DNA of 64,000 nucleotides from Deltaproteobacteria bacterium. GTDB lineage: Bacteria; Myxococcota_A; UBA9042; DTJE01. A model generated the notes under the pieces. It ran no database searches, was not told where the DNA came from, and saw only the letters and a list, made by a program, of their open reading frames with translations. Positions 26,161 to 33,834 of this stretch are shown here, in pieces; within the stretch, counting starts at the first letter, position 1, and the number at the start of each line of letters is the position of its first letter. The stretch lies in contig JAKPTZ010000115.1 of NCBI GenBank assembly GCA_029555025.1, positions 24,898 to 88,897 on the forward strand, written 5' to 3'. A program made the position numbers and the translations under genes.

Positions 26161-26469
26161 CAATATTCCCCACGTGAGAAGTCGTTGTCGTGGCGGCCGG
26201 TTGCCGCGCATCCTGAATCATATTCTATTGGCTGACCGTTGATGTCTGTATATGTCAATTTTACAACTGCTTGGATTGACAACAGTATCACAGGCGGTCA
26301 ACTGTTTACCGTCCGGTCTGATTGACGGTTTGTTTACATTTGCATAACAAGGGTGAAGGTCGATTGACTGTGGGTTGTATTCCGGACTATTCTTCGGGCG
26401 GGAGCCCCATGCCGATCAAGGCGCGTTGCCATTGATTTCGCGGGGGTGTGAAGTCATCTGGAGGTTTTC

Positions 26470-27792
26470 ATGGACGGTTCCGGCGGCGGCCAGGGAAAAG
26501 GCGGGGACAGGGGCATCGGCAGCAGGCGCGCAACCAGGCTCATCCATGGTCGTTCGCAGTCGAGCATGTGGGAATACAGTCATCATGCGATTCCACCGAT
26601 CACCGCATCCACGACCTTCAGGCTTTCTTCGGTTTCCCGCGGGCAGAAGGGTTTCCTTGCTTTCGGCAGCCCGGATCTGGGCCATGGCGAAAGTCCGACC
26701 TACATCTATGACAGGCTTGACGAACCGACCACATCGATGCTGGAAGAAGTGCTGGCCGACGGGGAAGGCGGGGATCGCGCCGTCGCGTTCGCCTGCGGCA
26801 TGTCGGCGATCTCCTCGACTCTGATGGCCTGTTGTTCCGTCGGACAGTCAATCGTGGCACACCCGGTCATGTATGGGTGTACTTACAGCCTGTTGACCAA
26901 ACAACTCCCCAGGTTCGGAATCACGACGGTTTTTGCCGACATGAGGGATCCTGAAGCGATCCGACTGGCGATTACGGCCGATACAAGGGTCGTGTATTTC
27001 GAGACCCCGGCCAATCCGACGCTTGAGTGCATCGACATCCAGAACGTCGCCACGGTGGTCGGCGCCATAAACGCCGCCCGTCCGGTGGAACAGAGGGTCA
27101 GGATTGTCGTTGACAACACCTTCCAGACGCTGTGGGGACAGCGTCCAATCGAGTCCGGCGCCGATATCGTGGTGGCAAGCCTTACCAAGAACGTCGGGGG
27201 CTTCGGCGTCGATATGGGTGGCGTTGCGGTCGTTCCCCGGGAACTTTGCGGGCCACTGAAGGGGATTCGCAAGGATTTTGGCGGAGTACTTCCACCGGCG
27301 TCCGCCTGGGATTTCCAGGTTTACGGGCTTTCGACCCTTCCCGTCCGCCTTGCCAGGCAGGTGCAGACGTCCCGGGCCGTGGCCGAATTCCTTGCGTCGC
27401 ACCCGGCTGTCAGCAGGGTTTCCTATCCCGGTCTTCCTGATTATGAATTCAGGGAAATCGCGGAAAAGCAGATGCGGACGCCCGAGGGCGAGTTCTGTCC
27501 CGGTCACATGATTTATTTCGAGCTGGCCGGCGATCCCGAAATCTCCGCGAATCGTCGGGAAAGGTTCATCAACTACCTTGCCGAGCACGCCTACTCGATT
27601 ATGCTGGCTGTCAGTCTCGGCATGACCAAGACCTTGATCGAGGCCCCCGGACTGATGACGCACTCGTCGTTTGATCCAGAAACACAGATGAAGCTTGGCA
27701 TTCATCCCGGCGGAATCAGGCTGGCAATCGGACTGGAAGACGCCCGCGACGTGATTTCGGATCTTTCAGAGGCCCTCGAGAATTCAATTTGA
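26470..27792 (+). CDS. Cys/Met-metabolism PLP-dependent enzyme (methionine gamma-lyase / O-acylhomoserine sulfhydrylase family)
   Basis: 440 aa containing TRLIHG, PITASTTF, YDRLDEPTTSMLEEVLA, VYFETPANPTLE and the PLP-lysine context VVASLTKNVGG. Confidence 0.87.
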   Translation: MDGSGGGQGKGGDRGIGSRRATRLIHGRSQSSMWEYSHHAIPPITASTTFRLSSVSRGQKGFLAFGSPDLGHGESPTYIYDRLDEPTTSMLEEVLADGEGGDRAVAFACGMSAISSTLMACCSVGQSIVAHPVMYGCTYSLLTKQLPRFGITTVFADMRDPEAIRLAITADTRVVYFETPANPTLECIDIQNVATVVGAINAARPVEQRVRIVVDNTFQTLWGQRPIESGADIVVASLTKNVGGFGVDMGGVAVVPRELCGPLKGIRKDFGGVLPPASAWDFQVYGLSTLPVRLARQVQTSRAVAEFLASHPAVSRVSYPGLPDYEFREIAEKQMRTPEGEFCPGHMIYFELAGDPEISANRRERFINYLAEHAYSIMLAVSLGMTKTLIEAPGLMTHSSFDPETQMKLGIHPGGIRLAIGLEDARDVISDLSEALENSI

Positions 27793-27910
27793 AGCATTGC
27801 CGTTCAGGCGTTGAACATACCGACGAATCCAGTGAAGATGCGGTCGGGGAACCGAAACGGCCTGGCGCCCGGCATGAAGGCACCCACAAACGCGGAAATT
27901 GTCGCTTAAG

Positions 27911-27983
27911 CGACCCCAACGGGAGTCGAACCCGTGTCGCGGGCGTGAAAGGCCCGTGTCCTAGACCACTAGACGATGGGGTC
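27911..27983 (-). tRNA. tRNA-Glu (anticodon UUC)
   Basis: Minus-strand sequence GACCCCATCGTCTAGTGGTCTAGGACACGGGCCTTTCACGCCCGCGACACGGGTTCGACTCCCGTTGGGGTCG folds by hand into a cloverleaf. It has a 7-bp acceptor stem, a 5-bp anticodon stem CGGGC/GCCCG, the loop CTTTCAC and a T-arm ACGGG-TTCGACT-CCCGT. CCA is not encoded. Confidence 0.85.
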
Positions 27984-27995
27984 ACGGAAAAAAAG

Positions 27996-28068
27996 TGAGC
28001 CCAGCGAGATTTGAACTCGCGACCAACGGCTTAAAAGGCCGCTGCTCTACCGGCTGAGCTATGGGCCC
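27996..28068 (-). tRNA. tRNA-Lys (anticodon UUU)
   Basis: Minus-strand GGGCCCATAGCTCAGCCGGTAGAGCAGCGGCCTTTTAAGCCGTTGGTCGCGAGTTCAAATCTCGCTGGGCTCA. D-arm GCTC/GAGC, anticodon loop CTTTTAA, T-arm GCGAG-TTCAAAT-CTCGC. Confidence 0.85.
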
Positions 28069-28138
28069 AGCAACGAAACGCGGGATATGGTATTTGCTGG
28101 GTCGAATTGTGTCAATGGAATTTTTCTGCAACAACGAA

Positions 28139-29533
28139 TTATTCTTCGTCGCCAAGTCCGTATTTTGCCAGTTTGTACCTGATCGACCTGAAGCTGATGC
28201 CCAGAAGGTCGGCAGCATTCTTGCGCACCCCGCCACATCGGGACAGCGCGTCGAGCAGCAGCCGCCTTTCAATGTCGGCCAGCAGCGCTTCCAGATCCAT
28301 TCCGTCCTCGGGAACCCTGAAGATGGAATCCTGCTGACTCCTGTCCGACCTGGATGATGTTCGGAGGCCTTCCGGAAGCGCGTCGGGGGTGATCCTGTCG
28401 TCAGAGGCGAACGTCATCGCATGCTCGACGATGTTTTCAAGTTCGCGCACGTTGCCCTTGAATTCGTGGGCGGAAAGGATGTCCATGACTTCCGGCGAGA
28501 CTCCCCTGATATCGTCCCGTCCAAGCTCCTTGCGGTACTTCTCGATGAAGTGCATGACAAGAACCGGGATATCCTCGCGTCGCTCCCGAAGGGGCGGAAG
28601 GTGGAGGCCGATGACGTTAAGCCGGTAGAACAGGTCTTCGCGGAAGGCGCCAGCCTGCACAAGTTGGGAAAGATCACGGTTGGTGGCAGCGACGACCCTG
28701 GTATCGACGGAGATTTCCTGCACCCCCCCGACCATTCGGATCTTGTGATCCTGCAGGAATCGAAGGAGCTTCACCTGCATGGCCAGGGACAATTCGCCGA
28801 TTTCGTCAAGGAATATGGTTCCGCCGTCGGCCGACTCGAACAGGCCGTGTCTGGTCGCGTGGGCACCGGTAAACGCGCCCTTGACGTGCCCGAAGAGCTC
28901 CGATTCCATCAACTGGTCGGGAATCGCGCCGCAGTTCACAACCACGAACGGCTTGTCCTTCCGGTTCGAGTTGAAGTGAACGGCGCGCGCGACCAGTTCC
29001 TTGCCGGTTCCGGATTCACCGGTAATCAGGACGCTGGTCTTGGTCGGCGCGACCTTGATGATCTTTTCGAATACCTTGTGCATCGTCTGGGACTTGCCGA
29101 CGATGTGGGCGAAGCTGTACTTGTCAGACAGCGCGATCCGCAGCCGGATGTTTTCCAGCGACAGATTGCGTCGCTCCAGGGCTTTCTGCAGGGTGATGCT
29201 GATTTCTTCGAGCTTGAACGGCTTGCCGATGTAGTCGAAGGCGCCCCTGCGCATGGCGTCGATTGCGGTTTCGACTGTCGAGAAGGCCGTCATCATGATG
29301 ACTTCGGTCTGGGGCGAATGTTCCTTCACGAACGTAAGAATTTCGAGTCCGGTCACCGCACCAAGGCGCAGATCGGTCAGAACCAGGTCGAATTCATCCT
29401 CGGATGCGACCAGTTTCAGGGCCTTGTCGCCTTCCCCGCAGACCGTCACGTCGTGACCGCTCTTGTTCAGGAACATCCGCAGGACTTCGCGCAGCGACTG
29501 GTCGTCCTCGACTACCAGAATGCGGGCCATCAT
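28139..29533 (-). CDS. sigma-54-dependent response regulator (NtrC family: REC + AAA+ + Fis-type HTH)
   Basis: 464 aa. REC domain (RILVVEDDQSL...LVLTDLRLG). AAA+ domain with GESGTGKELVARAVH, GAFTGA and DEIGEL. C-terminal HTH (KNAADLLGISFRSIRYKLAKYGL). Confidence 0.92.
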   Translation of the reverse strand: MMARILVVEDDQSLREVLRMFLNKSGHDVTVCGEGDKALKLVASEDEFDLVLTDLRLGAVTGLEILTFVKEHSPQTEVIMMTAFSTVETAIDAMRRGAFDYIGKPFKLEEISITLQKALERRNLSLENIRLRIALSDKYSFAHIVGKSQTMHKVFEKIIKVAPTKTSVLITGESGTGKELVARAVHFNSNRKDKPFVVVNCGAIPDQLMESELFGHVKGAFTGAHATRHGLFESADGGTIFLDEIGELSLAMQVKLLRFLQDHKIRMVGGVQEISVDTRVVAATNRDLSQLVQAGAFREDLFYRLNVIGLHLPPLRERREDIPVLVMHFIEKYRKELGRDDIRGVSPEVMDILSAHEFKGNVRELENIVEHAMTFASDDRITPDALPEGLRTSSRSDRSQQDSIFRVPEDGMDLEALLADIERRLLLDALSRCGGVRKNAADLLGISFRSIRYKLAKYGLGDEE

Positions 29534-29570
29534 TCCTCCAGGGGCGTGTCATGCGACGGTTTGTGTGGTT

Positions 29571-29645
<75 letters not shown>

Positions 29646-29917
29646 GCAGTCACCAAAGCGAGGGATAAATTACATTCCGCGCATGCCTGCTGTCAAGAGA
29701 TTTTTGCGTGGCGAACGACTACTGGCGTGGAGTTATTGAAGGACGCGGTGCGTGCTTCCGGATACGCCCCCGCTTGCGGCGCCGCCAACCAGGTAGATGT
29801 ATCCGAAGGCACGGGTCAGTCCGTAATAGCCCGGCCTTCATTCCGGCCTCAAGATGTCCGTTGACACCATGCGTTACATGGAAGAATCTTTACACAGTCT
29901 TAATCAGGGGTGTCCCC

Positions 29918-31516
29918 ATGGCCTGCAAAGAGATTGACAGGGAACGTCAGGTGCTGGTGTCCATGAATCCGGCTACTTTCGAGACTCTTGGAGAGGTTCA
30001 TCTTTGTTCGGCCGACGAGGTCAGGGGCGCCGTCGATTCCGCGCAGGCGGCGTTTCCCGGGTGGGCGGCCCTTACGGTCCGTGAAAGGGCCGGGTACCTG
30101 CTGAAGGCACGCGATTACATGCTCGAGCATGCCGACGAGATAGCGATGCTGATTTCCCGCGAAAATGGCAAGCCGCTTTCCGAGGCCCTGAATGCCGAGG
30201 TGCTTGTCGCTTCGGAACTGATCACCCGCTATGCGGCCAGGGCCCCCGAACTTCTGCGGGATCGTCCTATTGAACTCGGCAATCCAATGATGAATTTTCT
30301 GAAGGAATCCAGGCTGGTCTATCGTCCGCTTGGCGTCATTTCGGTGGTTTCGCCGTGGAACTATCCGTTCTCCATTCCGATTGGCGGCCTTGTCTTTTCG
30401 CTTATCACAGGTAACACGGTGGTCTTCAAACCGGCCTCTGACGTCGCCATGGTCGGAATGAAGATTGACGAAATCCTCAATGTCGGCGGTCAGTTGCCAA
30501 AGGGTGTCCTTAACACGGTCATCGCATCAGGGCGCACCATCGGCGAAACCCTGTTTTCGCCGCCAGTCCGCAGGATAGTCTTCACGGGAAGTACGGAAGT
30601 CGGCCGGACAATCCAGGGAATCGCCGCGAAGAACTTCATTCCGACCTCGATGGAACTTGGCGGCAAGGATCCGATGGTGGTGCTTGAAGACGCCGACCTC
30701 GACCTTGCGACGTCTGGGGCGGTCTGGGGCGCCTTCACCAACTGCGGCCAGGTATGCGCCTCGGTCGAGCGTGTGTATGTCGCGAAAAAGATTTACGACA
30801 GGTTCGTCGAAATGGTCGTGCGGAAGACGCGGGCCCTTCGGGTCGGTGTCGGCCAGTCGTACGACATTGATATCGGCGCGATGGCGAACGAGGAACAGTA
30901 CAACCAGGTCCTGGACCACATCAGGGAAGCCGTCGAGATGGGGGCGAAGATTGAATGCGGCGGAAAGAGGCCGGAAGGCGCCGGGCCGGGCTATTTCATC
31001 GAGCCGACGGTGCTGACGAACGTCACGCACGACATGAAGGCCGTGCGGGATGAGACCTTCGGCCCGCTGATGCCGATCATCCCGTTCGATACCGTCGATG
31101 AAGCGGTTCGGATGGCGAATGATTCCGTCTATGGGCTCTGCGCGTCGGTCTGGACGAAGGATCGCCGTCTGGGGCGCGAGGTGGCGAAGCGCATCGAATC
31201 CGGAACGGTGGCGGTCAATGACGCCGTCTTCACTTTTGCCCTGGTCGAGACCCCGTGGCAGGGAATGAAGGAGTCCGGCGTCGGCCGTTCGCATTCCGAC
31301 GAGGGGCTGCTCGAGTTCGTATTTCCGCAGCACATCAACGAGGACAGGTCTCCCGGATTCATGCGCCGCAGGATGTGGTGGTTCCCGTACTCAGAGCATT
31401 CCTACAACCTTCTGAAGTCGGCCATGCACGCTTTCGCCAACATGGCGAAATTCCCGTCCCTGGGATGGCAGGTCATGACAAAGAAGTCCTACCGCAACAT
31501 GTTCCTGAAGGACTAG
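29918..31516 (+). CDS. NAD(P)-dependent aldehyde dehydrogenase
   Basis: ORF 29708..31516. Start preferred at 29918 (MACKEIDRERQVLVSMNPATFE), preceded by a GGGG-rich SD-like string. Motifs VSPWNYPF, FTGSTEVG, ELGGKDP and the catalytic-Cys context FTNCGQVCASVERVYV. Confidence 0.88.
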   Translation: MACKEIDRERQVLVSMNPATFETLGEVHLCSADEVRGAVDSAQAAFPGWAALTVRERAGYLLKARDYMLEHADEIAMLISRENGKPLSEALNAEVLVASELITRYAARAPELLRDRPIELGNPMMNFLKESRLVYRPLGVISVVSPWNYPFSIPIGGLVFSLITGNTVVFKPASDVAMVGMKIDEILNVGGQLPKGVLNTVIASGRTIGETLFSPPVRRIVFTGSTEVGRTIQGIAAKNFIPTSMELGGKDPMVVLEDADLDLATSGAVWGAFTNCGQVCASVERVYVAKKIYDRFVEMVVRKTRALRVGVGQSYDIDIGAMANEEQYNQVLDHIREAVEMGAKIECGGKRPEGAGPGYFIEPTVLTNVTHDMKAVRDETFGPLMPIIPFDTVDEAVRMANDSVYGLCASVWTKDRRLGREVAKRIESGTVAVNDAVFTFALVETPWQGMKESGVGRSHSDEGLLEFVFPQHINEDRSPGFMRRRMWWFPYSEHSYNLLKSAMHAFANMAKFPSLGWQVMTKKSYRNMFLKD

Positions 31517-31549
31517 TCCGGATTTTCGGTAATATCCGGTGGTCGTCTG

Positions 31550-33742
31550 ATGAATGAACGCGCAATGAACGAACTTCAAGAGATCCGATCGTTGACGTCG
31601 GGATACATGCCGGGCGCCGATCTGCAAAGGGTCGAGGATGTCCTTGAACTGGCGCGGGTCGAATCCGGCGGCGATCCGTCGGTGCTTGCTGCCGCGATGC
31701 GGATTGTTCGACCGGTGTGCCGTTTGAAGCTGGACGTGCCGTCGATATGCGCCGCCATCGCGCTGGCAATGCCGCCCGGGCCGGACGGCGGTCCATCCAC
31801 GCGTGGCCTGGACGAGGATTCGGCGCGCCTGGCCGAGGGCGTCATCGGTCTTGGTCGTTTCCAACTCCTTTCCAGCAAGTCCGGGCAGGCGGAGGCATTC
31901 AAGAGGATGCTGGTCGCGCTTGCCGGCGACATCCGCGTGTTGCTGGTCAAGATGGCCATGCGCCTGGCGGAGCTTCACCAGACCTCGGACGATCCAGGGG
32001 CCGAGCAGATCCGGGTCGCCGAGGAAGCGATGATGATTTACGGCCCGCTGGCGGAAAGGATGGGTATTTCCTGGCTGCGGACCGAGATCGAGGACGAGGC
32101 GTTCCGCGTCATGAGGCCGACCGAATACGCTTCCCTGAAGCTGGCGGCGGATCGGCGTCTGGCCGAGCGGCAGGAATTCATCGCGGGCGTCGTCGGGCGG
32201 CTTCAGGCGATGATCGTTCAGGGCGGGCTGGCGGGGTTCGAGGTTTTTGGACGCCAGAAGAACCTTTACGGCATCTGGAAGAAGATGCAGATCCAGGGCA
32301 TCGAGCTTGAACAGGTCTATGATTTCGTGGCCTTCCGCGTGATCGTGCAGAAGCCGGGCGACTGCTGGCAGGTGCTTGGGCTGGTTCACGATACATGGAC
32401 GCCCATTCCGGCGCGCTTCAAGGATTTCATCAACGTTCCAAAGCCGAACGGCTACCGGTCGCTTCATACGTCGGTATTCGGCCCGCTTGGCGAGCCGATG
32501 GAAATCCAGATCCGTACATGGGAAATGCATCGCGAGGCAGAGTCGGGAATCGCCGCGCATTGGTCGTACAAGGAGTCGGGCCGAATCGAGGTTCGGGATT
32601 CCGAGCGCCTGGGCTGGATGAAGCAGGTTGTTGAATGGGCCCGCGAGATTCAGTCGGGCCGTGAGACCGAGCAGGGGCCGCTGATCGAGGAAGCGCGGGA
32701 AGGACTGCTGGTCGATCAGGTGTTCGTGTTCACCCCGCAGGGCGACCTCAGGGTTCTTCGGCAGGGGGCCACCTGCCTGGATTTCGCGTACGACGTTCAT
32801 ACCGAGGTCGGTCATTCGTGCACCGGCGTGCGGGTTAACGGCCGGCTGGTGCCGTTGTCAACCGAACTGGTTTCAGGAGACGTGGTCGAGGTGATGACGT
32901 CCAGGACGGCCAGGCCCCGCAGGGACTGGCTGAATTTCGTGGTTTCGTCCAAGGCCAGGGCGAAGATACGAAGCTGGTTCCTGGAACAGGACAGGCGCGA
33001 GGCGCTCGAGGTCGGCCGCCAGCTCCTGGAAAAGGAGTTCCGTCGGGCCGGCGCCCATGTAGTCAAGTATTTCAAGGAACTGCTTCTTGACGAAGAAAAG
33101 GGCCGGAAGGTTGCCGAGTCTTTCCGCATCGGAAGCCGTGACGAACTCATCAGGGCGGTCGGTCACGGTCGCGTGTCGGCGGCCGATGTCGTAAAGGCGG
33201 TTGTTCCAGTCGCCGCCCCGGGGGTTCCCGAACCGGAAAGGCCCGAAATCCTTCCGAAGAAGCTGCGCAGTCCGACTGGGATTGAGGTTGACGGGATTGA
33301 CGGCATGATGGTGCACATTGCGCGTTGCTGCAACCCGATCCCGGGCGACGGAATTGTCGGATACGTCACCAGGGGAAGGGGGGTGACAATTCACACGGTT
33401 TCCTGCCGGTCGGTTCTGGACGGTGATCCGGAGAGGGTGCTTCCGGCAACCTGGAACAGTGGCTCTGGCGGTACCTTCAACGTGCCGGTAAGGATTACGG
33501 TGCGCGATGTCCCGGGCATTCTGGCCGGCGTCACCACCGAGATCGGCAGGCAGGGCGCGAACATCGCCGGGGTCTCGACGAAGCGGGACGACAGTGGATT
33601 GCAGCAGGTTGACGTGGTTCTGCAGGTTGCCGATCAGTCCATGCTGGACGGAATCGTCCGTTCGGTTCGACGGCTGCGCGGGGTCGTCGAGGTCATGCGG
33701 GTTCGCGGGCCCGGTGTCTCGGCGGTCGCCGAACGGCGCTGA
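31550..33742 (+). CDS. relA: long RSH (p)ppGpp synthetase, RelA-type (hydrolase motifs not visible)
   Basis: 730 aa. Synthetase core GYRSLHTSVFGPLGEPMEIQIRTWEMHREAESGIAAHWSYKE. TGS domain (VFVFTPQGDLRVLRQGATCLDFAY...VNGRLVPL). C-terminal ACT (ITVRDVPGILAGVTTEI). Confidence 0.9.
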   Translation: MNERAMNELQEIRSLTSGYMPGADLQRVEDVLELARVESGGDPSVLAAAMRIVRPVCRLKLDVPSICAAIALAMPPGPDGGPSTRGLDEDSARLAEGVIGLGRFQLLSSKSGQAEAFKRMLVALAGDIRVLLVKMAMRLAELHQTSDDPGAEQIRVAEEAMMIYGPLAERMGISWLRTEIEDEAFRVMRPTEYASLKLAADRRLAERQEFIAGVVGRLQAMIVQGGLAGFEVFGRQKNLYGIWKKMQIQGIELEQVYDFVAFRVIVQKPGDCWQVLGLVHDTWTPIPARFKDFINVPKPNGYRSLHTSVFGPLGEPMEIQIRTWEMHREAESGIAAHWSYKESGRIEVRDSERLGWMKQVVEWAREIQSGRETEQGPLIEEAREGLLVDQVFVFTPQGDLRVLRQGATCLDFAYDVHTEVGHSCTGVRVNGRLVPLSTELVSGDVVEVMTSRTARPRRDWLNFVVSSKARAKIRSWFLEQDRREALEVGRQLLEKEFRRAGAHVVKYFKELLLDEEKGRKVAESFRIGSRDELIRAVGHGRVSAADVVKAVVPVAAPGVPEPERPEILPKKLRSPTGIEVDGIDGMMVHIARCCNPIPGDGIVGYVTRGRGVTIHTVSCRSVLDGDPERVLPATWNSGSGGTFNVPVRITVRDVPGILAGVTTEIGRQGANIAGVSTKRDDSGLQQVDVVLQVADQSMLDGIVRSVRRLRGVVEVMRVRGPGVSAVAERR

Positions 33743-33834
33743 CTCCCGCATTCCTCGATTATCAGCAAGCTTTTGGGATTTATAGAAGTGGTCCGTTTGT
33801 GTACAATACACCGGACCGGATTTCGGGGTCATAA

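Noticed and set aside
26211-26469. Possible SAM-type or other riboswitch upstream of the Cys/Met PLP enzyme gene.
   Set aside because: I found only short ad hoc stems (ATCAA/TTGAT, CCCC/GGGG). I found none of the conserved cores of SAM-I, SAM-II or SAM-SAH elements that I can recall. A covariance-model scan (Rfam/Infernal) would be needed to revisit this.
29708-29917. N-terminal extensions of longest ORFs. Other examples are 37996-38142, 59468-59647, 7281-7397, 15094-15243 and 23959-24072.
   Set aside because: The extensions are Arg/Pro-rich and overlap neighbouring genes or tRNAs. They precede internal ATGs that give canonical family N-termini, signal peptides or ATGA coupling.
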